From: Candidatus Eiseniibacteriota bacterium
GTDB taxonomy: Bacteria > Eisenbacteria > RBG-16-71-46
Direction: 5' to 3'
NCBI GenBank assembly: GCA_963717505.1
Contig: OY970342.1
Span: 1,760,001 to 1,824,000, forward strand
DNA: 64,000 nt
Below, piece by piece: positions 12,165 to 22,687 of the stretch; position 1 is the stretch's first letter, and the number at the start of each line of letters is the position of its first letter. The notes under the pieces are model-generated. The model searched no databases, had not been told where the DNA came from, and saw only the letters and a list, made by a program, of their open reading frames with translations. The position numbers were made by a program, and so were the translations under genes.

Positions 12165-15100
12165 GTGGCCCAAATGAGCTTTCCGTTCCTCGATTCCCTG
12201 AGACGCCAGGTGCTGGTCTTCGACGGCGCCATGGGCACCCAGCTGCAGGCCGCGAACCTGGGGCCCGACGACTTTGGTGGTGCCCGCTGGGAAGGGTGCA
12301 TCGACTACCTGTCGGTCACCCGTCCCGACGTGGTCGCCGGGGTCCACGACGCCTACTTCGAAGCCGGTGCCGACATCATCGAAACCAATTCGTTCCAGGC
12401 CTCGAGGCTCAGGCTCGATGAGTGGGACCTGGGCGAGCGCACGCGCGAGATCAACCACGCCGCGGCGTCGATCGCGCGCGCCGCCGCCGACCGCCACACC
12501 ACCGACGGGCGCCCGCGCTTCGTCGCGGGGTCGATGGGCCCTTCGGGACTCCTGCCTTCGTCGGAAGACCCGGACCTCGGGAAATTCGGCTTCGAGCAGA
12601 TCCTGGCCGGCTTCCTCGACCAGGCCCTGGGTCTGGTCGAAGGCGGCGCCGACGTTCTGATCCTCGAAACCTGCCAGGACATGCTCGAGATGAAGGCGCA
12701 GATCCTGGCGGCGCGCGAAGCGATGAAGCAGCTCGGACGACAGGTGCCGATCCAGGCGTCGGTCACGCTCGATCCGACCGGTCGCATGCTGCTCGGCACC
12801 GACATTCGTGGCGCGCTGGCGACGCTCGAGGCGATGAGCGTGGACGTGATCGGGCTCAACTGCTCGACCGGCCCCGACCTCATGCGCGACGCGATTCGAT
12901 ATCTGTCGCAGAACGCGAGCACGCCGATCCATTGCATTCCCAACGCCGGGCTGCCTATCAACGACGGCGGCCGCACGCTCTACCCGATGCGGCCGGCGCC
13001 GATGGCCGACACGTTGCGCGAGTTCGTCACCGAACTGGGCGTCAATGCGGTCGGCGGCTGCTGCGGCACGACACCCGACCACATTAGGGCAGTGGTGGCG
13101 GCGATCGGCCGCGGCCGATCGCCGTCGCCGCGCCCCGGGCGCAGCGGCTGGTTCCTGTCGAGCGGCATGACCGCGACTGCGCTCCAGCAGGAGCCGCGCC
13201 CGCTCCTGATCGGCGAGCGGCTCAACACCCAGGGCTCGCGGGCGATCAAACGGTTGGCGCTCGAAGACAAGATCGACGAGATGGTGCCGATCGCGCGTTC
13301 GCAGGTCGAGGGTGGCGCTCATGCGCTGGATATCTGTATGGCGCTCACCGAGCGAACCGACGAGGCGTCTCAGTTGCGCCGGCTGGTCAAGAAGCTGTCG
13401 CTAACCACCGAGGCGCCATTGGTCATCGATTCGACCGAGGCGCCGGCGATCGAACAGGCGCTGCTCGCCTGCCCGGGATCGGCGCTGGTGAACTCCATCA
13501 ATCTCGAGAATGGCCGCGAGCGCGTCGATGCGGTCATGCCGCTGGTGGTTCGCTACGGCGCCTCGGTGATCGCGCTGACCATCGACGAACAAGGGATGGC
13601 CAAGACCGCGGAGCGCAAGCTCGAGGTCGCGCGCCGCATCCACGACATCGTCACCGGCGAGTTCGGCCTGCCCGCCGAGCGCCTGGTGTTCGACGACCTG
13701 ACCTTTACGCTCGCCACTGGCGACGAGGAGTTCACGCGCTCAGGTATCGAGACCATCGAGGGGATTCGCGCGATCAAGAAGGGCCTGCCGGGTGTGCTCA
13801 CCAGCCTCGGCGTGTCGAACGTGTCGTTCGGCCTGGGCGTCGAAGCGCGCGCGGTGCTCAATTCGGTGTTCCTCTACCACTGCGTCCAGGCCGGACTCGA
13901 CATGGCGATCGTCAACCCCGCACACGTCTATCCGTACGCCGAGATCGCCGAGGAGGACCGCCGGCTGGCCGAGGACCTGATCTTCGCCCGCGATCCGCGT
14001 GCACTCGAGTTCTACATCGCGCACTTCGAGGGTCGCACTCCCGAGGATCGTGCGCGCGAGGAGGACGCGGCCGAGGCGGCGATGAGCCTGGAGCAGAAGA
14101 TCCACTTCCAGATCCTGCACCGAAAGCCGGCCGGGATCGAGGCCCTGATCGACGAGGCCGTGAAGCGCCAGGACCCCGTCACCGTGCTCAACACCGTGCT
14201 GTTGCCGGCAATGAAGGAGGTCGGCGACAAGTTCGGTGCCGGCGAGCTGATCCTGCCGTTCGTGCTGCAGAGCGCCGAGGTCATGAAGAAGGCGGTCAGC
14301 CAGCTCGAAAACTACCTCGAGAAGAACGCCGACGTTTCCAAAGGCAAGGTGGTGCTGGCGACCGTCTACGGCGACGTCCACGACATCGGCAAGAACCTGG
14401 TGAAGACGATTCTGTCGAACAACGGCTACACGGTGTTCGACCTGGGCAAGCAGGTGCCGGTGCAGAAGATCCTCGACAAGGCGCGCGAGGTGGATGCTTC
14501 GGCGATTGGGCTGTCGGCGCTGCTGGTCTCGACCAGCCGCCAGATGCCGATCTGCGTCGCCGAGCTGCATCGTCAGGGCATGCAGGTGCCGGTGCTGCTC
14601 GGCGGGGCGGCGATCAACCGCAATTTCGGGCGGCGCGCGGCACTGGTCGATGGCGAGGTATTCCATGCGCCCGGCGTGTTCTATTGCAAGGACGCGTTCG
14701 AGGGCCTCGACACGGTGAACGCGCTGGGGGATGCCAAGGTGCGTGCGGAGCTGGTCGAGCGCGTGAAGCGCGAAGCGTTCGAGTTCAAGACCCAGGCCGC
14801 GGCGCAGGAGTCGCGCGCGGCCGCGGCGTCCGCGCAGCAGCAGGACTTCAAGGTCAAGGTGTCGCGTGCCGTCAGCATTCCGGCGCCGCCGTTCTGGGGG
14901 CCGCGGGCGACGGCGACCTCGTCGATCCCGTTCGCCGGGATGTTCGCGGGCATGGACCTGAAAACGCTCTACCGGTTGCACTGGGGTGCGCGCGGCAGCG
15001 GCGCCGAGTTCGACAAGCTGATTCGCGAGGACTTCGAGCCGAGGCGGCTGCGTCTCCAGCAAGAAGCCGAGAGCAAAGGCTGGCTGCGCCCGCAGGCGGC

Positions 15101-15674
15101 ATATGGCTACTTCCCGGTCCAGAGCGAAGGCCAGGACCTCGTGGTCTACGATCCCGCGAGCTTCACGCCCGGTACGCTGACGCCGCGCGGCAAGCTCGAG
15201 GAAGTCGTGCGCTTCAACTTCCCGCGTCAGGCCGAGCGCGAGGGCCTGTGTTTGTCGGACTACTTCGCACCCGCCGACGCCAGCAAGTTCGACGTGCTAG
15301 CCCTGCAGGTGGTCACGGTCGGGCCCAACGCCGACGAGTACCGCGCGGCTCTCGACAAACGCGGCGAGTACGCGCAGGCGCTGTTCGTCCATGGCCTGGC
15401 GGTCTCGGCCGCGGAGGGACTGGCCGAGTGGCACCACCAGAAGATCCGTGCCGAGCTGGGTCTCGATGCCGAGCGCGGCAAGCGCTATTCGTTCGGCTAC
15501 AGCGCATGCCCGGATCTGGCCGACCAGGCCAAGCTGTTCCAACTCCTGAAGCCCGAGGACGCGATCGGCGTGACGCTGACCAGCGCCTATCAGTTGGTAC
15601 CCGAAGCTTCGACCAGTGCGGTGATCGTTCATCACCCGGAGGCGATGTACTACATGGTGCGGGAGATGTCGTGA
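12165..15674 (+). CDS. metH: Cobalamin-dependent methionine synthase
   Basis: DGAMGT, GLNC, GGCCGT, IGERLN, GVSNVSFG, B12 motif GDVHDIGKN, RYSFGYSACPDL. Confidence 0.97.
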   Translation: MAQMSFPFLDSLRRQVLVFDGAMGTQLQAANLGPDDFGGARWEGCIDYLSVTRPDVVAGVHDAYFEAGADIIETNSFQASRLRLDEWDLGERTREINHAAASIARAAADRHTTDGRPRFVAGSMGPSGLLPSSEDPDLGKFGFEQILAGFLDQALGLVEGGADVLILETCQDMLEMKAQILAAREAMKQLGRQVPIQASVTLDPTGRMLLGTDIRGALATLEAMSVDVIGLNCSTGPDLMRDAIRYLSQNASTPIHCIPNAGLPINDGGRTLYPMRPAPMADTLREFVTELGVNAVGGCCGTTPDHIRAVVAAIGRGRSPSPRPGRSGWFLSSGMTATALQQEPRPLLIGERLNTQGSRAIKRLALEDKIDEMVPIARSQVEGGAHALDICMALTERTDEASQLRRLVKKLSLTTEAPLVIDSTEAPAIEQALLACPGSALVNSINLENGRERVDAVMPLVVRYGASVIALTIDEQGMAKTAERKLEVARRIHDIVTGEFGLPAERLVFDDLTFTLATGDEEFTRSGIETIEGIRAIKKGLPGVLTSLGVSNVSFGLGVEARAVLNSVFLYHCVQAGLDMAIVNPAHVYPYAEIAEEDRRLAEDLIFARDPRALEFYIAHFEGRTPEDRAREEDAAEAAMSLEQKIHFQILHRKPAGIEALIDEAVKRQDPVTVLNTVLLPAMKEVGDKFGAGELILPFVLQSAEVMKKAVSQLENYLEKNADVSKGKVVLATVYGDVHDIGKNLVKTILSNNGYTVFDLGKQVPVQKILDKAREVDASAIGLSALLVSTSRQMPICVAELHRQGMQVPVLLGGAAINRNFGRRAALVDGEVFHAPGVFYCKDAFEGLDTVNALGDAKVRAELVERVKREAFEFKTQAAAQESRAAAASAQQQDFKVKVSRAVSIPAPPFWGPRATATSSIPFAGMFAGMDLKTLYRLHWGARGSGAEFDKLIREDFEPRRLRLQQEAESKGWLRPQAAYGYFPVQSEGQDLVVYDPASFTPGTLTPRGKLEEVVRFNFPRQAEREGLCLSDYFAPADASKFDVLALQVVTVGPNADEYRAALDKRGEYAQALFVHGLAVSAAEGLAEWHHQKIRAELGLDAERGKRYSFGYSACPDLADQAKLFQLLKPEDAIGVTLTSAYQLVPEASTSAVIVHHPEAMYYMVREMS

Positions 15675-16303
15675 TCGACGTGACTCCGGTGATGCTCGAG
15701 GGCCGGCGCGTCCGGATGGAAACGCTGAACCTCGCGCTGCACTGGGAAGGCCTGCTGGCGATCGGACTCGACCCCGATCTCTGGCGCTGGACGCTGAACT
15801 CGATCACCTCGCCGGAAGAGCTGCGCGCCTACCTCGAGACCGCGGTCGAGGAGCATCGCAGCGCGCGCTCGCTGCCGTTCGCCACCCGCGACCTTGCGAG
15901 CGGCCGGATCGCAGGCTGCACGCGGTTCAGCTCGATCGACCACGGGAACCGGCGGGTCGAGATCGGCTGGACCTGGGTCGGCCAGTCGTACCGGCGCACC
16001 TACGTCAACACCGAGGCCAAGTACCTGATGCTCGGGCACGCGTTCGAGCGCTGGGAGTGCAAGCGAGTCGAATTGAAGACGCACGTCAACAACGAGCGCT
16101 CGCGTAATGCCATGCTGCGGATCGGCTGTACCTTCGAAGGCGTGCTGCGCAACTACCAGACCGGCGACAAAGGCACGCGCGACACCGCAATATTCAGCAT
16201 CACCGACGGCGAGTGGCCCGAGGTGAAGGCCCGGCTCGAGCGCATGATGGAGCGCGAACCGACGGCCGGCGCGTCGGTCCAGAGCGGCACACCCACGCGG
16301 TGA
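15671..16303 (+). CDS. GNAT (RimJ/RimL-like) N-acetyltransferase
   Basis: GTG start overlaps the metH stop; VEIGWTW, NTEAKYLMLGHAFE, NERSRNAMLRIG, RDTAIFSI. Confidence 0.9.
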   Translation: MIDVTPVMLEGRRVRMETLNLALHWEGLLAIGLDPDLWRWTLNSITSPEELRAYLETAVEEHRSARSLPFATRDLASGRIAGCTRFSSIDHGNRRVEIGWTWVGQSYRRTYVNTEAKYLMLGHAFERWECKRVELKTHVNNERSRNAMLRIGCTFEGVLRNYQTGDKGTRDTAIFSITDGEWPEVKARLERMMEREPTAGASVQSGTPTR

Positions 16304-16615
16304 TCGCCGTCGTCACAGGCGCCACCGGCTCGCTTCGCGCGTCTGACAGCGCCGGCGTCCGCGGAGTGAAGTGATTGGGGGCGCGCAGCCGGTTCTGCCA
16401 AGGCGAGCCTCGGCGGTCCCAGCTCCCTCAATAACGCGCCCCACGCCAGCGCTTACAGCAATGGGCGTGCCTCGTTCCGGATGTCGAATGAGAGGCGCTA
16501 TCTTGCGCATTGAGCAGCATGTAGCCCGGGTCGACTGTCCGCCGCCGAGCCCGATGCGAGCGACGGAAGATGAAGGACTGGCGGATCCACCTGACGTGAT
16601 GTCAGGCATCGAGTG

Positions 16616-17587
16616 CTACCGTTCGAGGGCGCGCGCCAACTGGAACAAGTAAGGATCGATGGCCCGAGTGCGCCCGGCGACCTCGCTGAGCGGCGTGCGC
16701 GCGATCGCGCCGCGCAGCCAGCCAATCAGCACGCCATGGGCGCCTTCGTAGAGCGCGTCCACCGCGCCGGCTCCCAGGCGGGTCGCCAACAAACGGTCGA
16801 ACGCCGTAGGCGCGCCGCCGCGCTGAACGTGGCCCAGGGTGGTTGCGCGCAGCGTGAAACCGACGTTCTCGTGGTTCTGCTTCATGTGGGCGACCAGAGC
16901 TTCCGCATTCATCTTGGCGCCCTCGGCGACCACGGCCAGCGCATGGGTCTTGCCCCGCTGGTAGGCCCGGCGCAACGTGGCGATCACTTCTTCGGCGGTG
17001 TACTCCAGCTCGGGAATCACCACCGTCTCGGCGCCACCAGCGATGCCGGCCATCAGTGCCAGCATGCCGCATTCCCTACCCATGACCTCGACCAGGAACG
17101 CGCGCTGGTGCGACGAGGCGGTGACCTTGAGCCGGTCGATCGCTTCGAGCGCGATGTTGAGCGCGGTATCGAATCCGATCGTGGTGTCGGTGCCGACCAA
17201 GTCGTTGTCGATGGTCGAGGCCACGCCGACCACCGGCACCCCCATACGTGAAAGCTCGAGGGCCCCGGTCTGGGAGCCGTTGCCGCCGATCACCACCAGC
17301 GCGTCGATACCGCGCTGTTCGATCACGCGAGCGGCGCGCTGACGGCCGGCCTCGGTCTGGAATTCCTCCGAGCGGGCGCTGTGCAGCATCGTTCCGCCGA
17401 GCTGGATGATGCCGCCGACTGCCCGGACGTCGAGCGGAACCAGGTCGTCTTCGATCAGGCCGGCGTATCCCCGCCGCACGCCGTAGACATCCCAGTCGCG
17501 ATCGATTGCGCAGCGGGTCACGGCGCGGATCGCCGCATTCATCCCCGGGGCGTCGCCCCCCGAGGTCAGAACGGCGATCTGCTTCAT
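16616..17587 (-). CDS. pfkA: ATP-dependent 6-phosphofructokinase
   Basis: TSGGDAPGMN, GGNGS, TIDND, VEVMGR, LGHVQRGG. Confidence 0.96.
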   Translation of the reverse strand: MKQIAVLTSGGDAPGMNAAIRAVTRCAIDRDWDVYGVRRGYAGLIEDDLVPLDVRAVGGIIQLGGTMLHSARSEEFQTEAGRQRAARVIEQRGIDALVVIGGNGSQTGALELSRMGVPVVGVASTIDNDLVGTDTTIGFDTALNIALEAIDRLKVTASSHQRAFLVEVMGRECGMLALMAGIAGGAETVVIPELEYTAEEVIATLRRAYQRGKTHALAVVAEGAKMNAEALVAHMKQNHENVGFTLRATTLGHVQRGGAPTAFDRLLATRLGAGAVDALYEGAHGVLIGWLRGAIARTPLSEVAGRTRAIDPYLFQLARALER

Positions 17588-17591
17588 CGGG

Positions 17592-17936
17592 TCATTGCAC
17601 TCGGATCGTGCCGTGATACATGTCCATGCCGCACGCGTAGGTCAGCTCACCCGCGTGCTCCGGCGTGAACGTGATCTCGACTTCCTCGTTGAGCGGCAGC
17701 GGTTGGTTGATGCCGTGCTCCTTGAGCACCAACTCGGTGGCGCAGGTGCGCGACTCGGTGCGCTTGACCACCAGCGTCACGGGCGAGCCAGCGTGGACGT
17801 TTACCACCGCGGGTTGGAAGCCCTTGTCGGTGACTTGGATCGACACGCGCTGCGGCCCTCCGGGCGTCGCCGATTTCGAGGCGCAACCGGCCAGCAGAAC
17901 GGCGGCGAACAGGGCGAGGGTGAGCATCGTGCGCAT
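17592..17936 (-). CDS. Cupredoxin-domain lipoprotein
   Basis: Lipobox LAGC, GFQPAVV, RTCATE, YACGMDMYHG; AAGGAGG RBS. Confidence 0.88.
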   Translation of the reverse strand: MRTMLTLALFAAVLLAGCASKSATPGGPQRVSIQVTDKGFQPAVVNVHAGSPVTLVVKRTESRTCATELVLKEHGINQPLPLNEEVEITFTPEHAGELTYACGMDMYHGTIRVQ

Positions 17937-17998
17937 GGGTGAATCCTCCTTGGGCGTCCTGCCAACGGCAGGAGCGAGGTGAGGGGTGGAAGCTATCA

Positions 17999-20900
17999 CT
18001 ATTGAGAACCGGGTTCAGCCCGCTGCGCGCGGGCTTGCTCACGGCGGAGCTGCGCGTAACGCCAGTAGGTGTAGATCACGGGAATGATTTCGAGCGTCAG
18101 GAACGCCGAGGTGACGAGCCCGCCGACCATGGGGGCCGCCACTCGCTTCATGACGTCGGCGCCGGCGCCCTGCGACCAGAGCAACGGCACCAGACCGATC
18201 ATCATGGTGGCCACCGTCATCAGCTTGGGGCGGACTCGCTGCACCGAGCCCTCGAGTGTCGCCGCGATGATGTCGTCGAGACCGCGAATGCGACCCTCGG
18301 CGCGCCTGCGATGGTAGGCCGAATCGCAGTAGACGAGCATGACGACTCCGGTCTGAGCCGCGAGCCCGACCAGCGCGATGATCCCGACCCACACCGCGGT
18401 CGAAAGGTTGTAGCCGAGCAGCGCCAAGAGCCAGATGCTGCCGACCAGCGCGAACGGCACCGACGCCAGCACGATCAGGGCCGCTGCCAGGTTGCCGAAG
18501 CTGAAGTAGAGCAGCATCAGAACGAGGCCGATGGTGAGCGGCACCAGCACCGCCATGCGGCGCTGCATCTGCTCCAGCAGCTCGTACTGGCCGGTCCACT
18601 TGAGCGAAGTAGCCCGGTGGCAGGCGCAGCTCGTGCGCGACCCGCTGCTTGGCGTCGTCGACGTAGCCACCGATGTCGCGTCTCGCAGCGTCGATGTCGA
18701 CGTACACGTAGCCGGCGAGCAAACCGCCTTCGTCGCGGATCATGGGCGGGCCGGTCACGATGCGCAGGTCGGCGACCTGGCCGAGCGGCACGTGTCCGCC
18801 GCCGACCGGTTCGGCCGTCCGGCGCGGGCGTCGACGCCATGCCCGTGCCGCCGGACATCTCGCCGTCGACCGCGTCGGTCGAGTGGGACCAGCACGCGCT
18901 TCAGACTGCTCCAAGTCCTGACGCAGCTCGCGCGGGTAGCGCACGTTGATGGTGTAGCGGGCGCGCCCGTCGACCGCGACCTCGAGCGGCTGGCCGCCGA
19001 TCGCCGCCTCGATGACTTCCTGAACGTCGCCCAGGCGTCAGGCCATAGCGCGCCAGCGCCTCGCGATTCGGGACGATGTCGAGGTAGAAGCCGCCGGTGT
19101 TGCGGTCGGAGTAGACGCTGCGCGTGCCGGGCGCCCGCGACACGATGCGCTCGAGATCGATCCCGATCCGCTCGATCGTGTCCAGGCTGGCGCCGAAGAT
19201 CTTGATCCCGATCGGCGTGCGAATCCCGGTCGAGAGCATGTCGATGCGGGTCTTGATCGGCATGGTCCAGGCATTGGTCCAGCCCGGAAGTCGCACGCGC
19301 TCGGTTCAGCTCGGCGACCAGCTCGTCCCAGGTGATGCGGCGGCGGTCGGGCCAGAACGGCCGAAGCACGGCCGCGAGCCAGGGCGGCGCCCAAGCCGAG
19401 TACCAGCGCGGGGTGTCGACCATGCGCCACTGCTCGCGCGGCTTGAGCTGGACCACGGTCTCGACCATCGACAGCGGCGCCGGATCGGTCGGCGTCTCGG
19501 CGCGCCCGGCCTTGCCGAACACGCGGCTCGACCTCGGGGAACCGAACGAATCAGCCGGTCCTGGACCTGAAGGTGTCGCTTGACCTCCTCGATCGAGATG
19601 TTGGGCAAGGTGGTCGGCATGTAGAGGAGGTCGCCCTCGTTGAGCGGCGGCATGAACTCGTGGCCGAGTCGGAACGCCATCGGCACCGCCGACAGCACGG
19701 CGATCAGGCCGATCGCGATCGTGGTGCTGCGGGTTCTTGAGCGCCACCCAGGCGAACGGCCGGTAGAGGCGATCAGCGCGCGCGACACCGGGTGTTCGTC
19801 CTCGTGGCGGATGCGGCCGCGCACGAACAGACGTCATCAGCGCCGGCGCCAGCGTGATCGAGACCAGCGCCGCGAACGCCATGGCGAAGGTCTTGGTGTA
19901 CGCCAGCGGCTTGAACAGCCGCCCGGCCTGGCCGTTGAGCGCGAAGATCGGCAGGAACGCGACGGTGATGATCAGCAGCGAGAAGAAGATCGGCGGCCCG
20001 ACTTCCTTCGCGGCGTCGATCAGGACGCGCCGGCGGTCGGCGCCGGCGGGCGCCGTCTCCAGGTGCTTGTGCGCGTTCTCGACCAGCACGATCGCGGCGT
20101 CGACCATGGCGCCGATCGCGATCGCGATACCGCCCAGGCTCATGATGTTCGAATTGATCCCGAGCAGCGCCATCGGCACGAACGCCAGGCCGACCGCCAC
20201 CGGCAGCGACGATCACCGGCACCAGCGTGCTCCGGAAGTGGAGCAGGAAACACGAAGATCACGAGGCTGACGACGATCATCTCCTCGATCAGCGTGTGGC
20301 GCAGGGTGTCGATCGCGCGGTGGATCAGGCTCGAGCGGTCGTAGACGATCTCGGACCTGCGACGCCCGTCGGGGAAGCGAGGGCTCGAGCTCGCGCGAGC
20401 CGCTGCTTGCACGCGGTCGATGACCCGGAGCGCGTTCTCGCCGTAGCGCATGACCACGATGCCGCCCACCGCTTCGCCGTCGCCGTCCAGCTCGCCGAGT
20501 CGCCGCGGCGGATGTCGGGGCCGAAGGCGACGGTGCCGACGTCGGCGACGCGGATCGGCGTGCCGGTGCGCGCGGTCGGCGCCGAGCGCGACCTGACGCA
20601 GGTCGTCGAGGTCGTGGACGTAGCCGCGGCCGCGCACGAAGTACTCGCGGCCCGACATCTCGATCACGCGTCCGCCGACGTCCGCGTTGCTGCGCCGGAT
20701 CGCCGCCGGTGACGTCGGCGAGCGACAGTCCGTACGCGTGCAGCCGCGCCGGGATCGACCTCGACCTGGTACTGGCGCTCGATAGCCGCCGACCGACGCC
20801 ACCTCGGCGACGCCCGGCACGCTCGCGAGCGCGTAGCGCAGGTGGAAGTCCTGGAACGTGCGCAGGTCGGCGAGGTCGTGGCGCCCGCTGCGGTCCACGA

Positions 20901-21332
20901 GCGCGTACTGGAACACCCAGCCGACCGAAGTCGCGTCGGGCCCGAGCTGCGGGCTGACGCCCTCCGGCAAGCGCGCCGCGGATCGTGCTCAGGTACTCGA
21001 GCACGCGGCTGCGCGCCCAGTAGAGGTCGGTGCCTTCCTCGAAGATCACGTAGATGAAGCTCATGCCGAACATCGACTGGCCGCGCACCGCCTCGACCTG
21101 CGGCGCGGCGAGCAGCGACGAGACGATCGGATAGGTGATCTGGTCCTCGACCAGGTCGGGGCTCCGGCCCATCCACTCGGTGAACACGATCACCTGCGGA
21201 TCGCGAGAGATCCGGGATGGCGTCGAGCGGCACGCGCCGCATCGCGACCAGCGAGCCGAGCACCGCGAACGCGGTGAAGAGGAACACCAGCGCGCGATGG
21301 GTCGCGCAGTACTCGATGATCCGGCCGATCAC
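17999..21332 (-). pseudogene. cusA: CusA/SilA-type heavy-metal RND permease, multiply frameshifted (probably sequencing error)
   Basis: Collinear fragments in alternating frames: [88 protein letters not shown]. Confidence 0.9.
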
Positions 21333-22687
21333 GGGCGCTGTCCTTCGGTCTGCGACGGCGCGCTCATTCCCGCCATCGCGGCCTTGAGCCGGCTCTCGGA
21401 GTCGATCAGGAACGAGGCGCTCGGCAACCACCGTGTCGCCCGCCGCCAGCCCCTGGCAGGATCTCGGTGCGTTCGCCTTCGCGCGCACCAGTCCCGACGC
21501 GGCGCGGCTCGAAGCGGCCGCCGGCGCGCGCCAGGAACACGTAGCTCTTCGGTCGCCGGTGCGGATCACCGCCTCGCTCGGCACGGTCAGCGATGGCGCG
21601 GCGCGGCCCTGCACCTGGACGTCGCCCGTACATGCCCGGGCGCAATGCGCCATCCCGGTTGGCCAGTTCGATCCACGCCTGCGCGGTGCGCGTCTCGCGT
21701 CGACACCATCGGCTAGACGAATTCGATCTGGGATTCGAAACGGCGGCCAGGCAGCGCGTCTGAGGTAAACACCGCGCGGTCGCCCACGCGCACCCGTCCC
21801 AAGTCCATCTCGTAGAGGTCGGCGAGCACCCACACGCGGGACAGGTCTGCCACGGTCAGCAGCGGCATGTCGGCGGCGACGAACTGGCCTTCGGTGACGT
21901 GGCGCTCGAGCACCGTGCCGGTGACTGGCGACGGCAGCGTTAGTTGCGACACTGCGCGCTGCTCGCGCTCGAGCCGAGCGATCTCGGATTCGTGGACCCC
22001 TAGCAAGCGCAACCGCTCTCGACCGGCGACAAGTTCGCCGACGTTGTGTGATGCCTTGCGACGCGGCGCGGGTGGGCCGTGCCCCCTGGCCGAGTCGTCA
22101 ACCGCACCCAGCGAGATCAGGAACTCGAGCTCACTCTGATAGAGCTCGGGACTGTAGATCGTCAGCAGCGGCTGACCCTCGAGGACCGTAGCACCGGTCC
22201 GAGTCACGTTCATCGTCTGCACCCAGCCCGAAACCCGAAGCTGCACGCGCCTAACGCGCGACTCGTCCGCTGCGACGAACGCGACCAATGGTGTCTGCGA
22301 CCCGAGTGGCGTGCGTTCGACCACCGCGGTGCGCACGCCGATCAACTGCAAACGCTCGGGGCCGATCGCGACCACCGAAAGTCCCGGCACATTGCCGCCC
22401 GAGGCGGTGGAGTCGACGGTCGGCGCTGGCTCGAGATCCATGCCGCAGATCGGACACTCGCCCGGACGGTCGGACGTGTACGAAGGATGCATCGGGCAGT
22501 AATAAGCAGAGGCGACCGCGACGCCCGAGCGTCCGGCCGAATGCGACATCCACCACGCCGCGCCGCTGCCGAGCGCCAGAACCGCGAGGCCGACCAACAA
22601 CACGCGCCGGAACACGTTCATCGCTGCCGCCCCGGGCGGCGACGCCGACTCGGGAGATTCCGGACCCAGATCACGCGGTTCGTTCAC
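21329..22687 (-). pseudogene. cusB: CusB-like RND periplasmic adaptor with N-terminal heavy-metal-binding domain; 3' part frameshifted
   Basis: YYCPMHP...GECPICGMDL, IYSPEL, ADLSRVWV, LRPGM, VPSEAVI, FLIDSES; GTGA overlaps with tolC and cusA. Confidence 0.88.

Noticed and set aside
11990-12165. Possible SAM/SAH/cobalamin riboswitch upstream of metH
   Set aside because: No conserved core was recognised, and a TGCTAACCT extended -10-like element lies just before the start, leaving little leader.
16304-16615. Intergenic gap with short ORFs and a CCTGAC-N5-GTCAGG palindrome
   Set aside because: It lies between convergent genes; the ORFs lack RBS and motifs, and the 6-bp stem is unremarkable.
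18600-21720. Programmed frameshifting or phase variation in cusAB
   Set aside because: The indels are too numerous and not at slippery or simple-repeat tracts; sequencing error is simpler.
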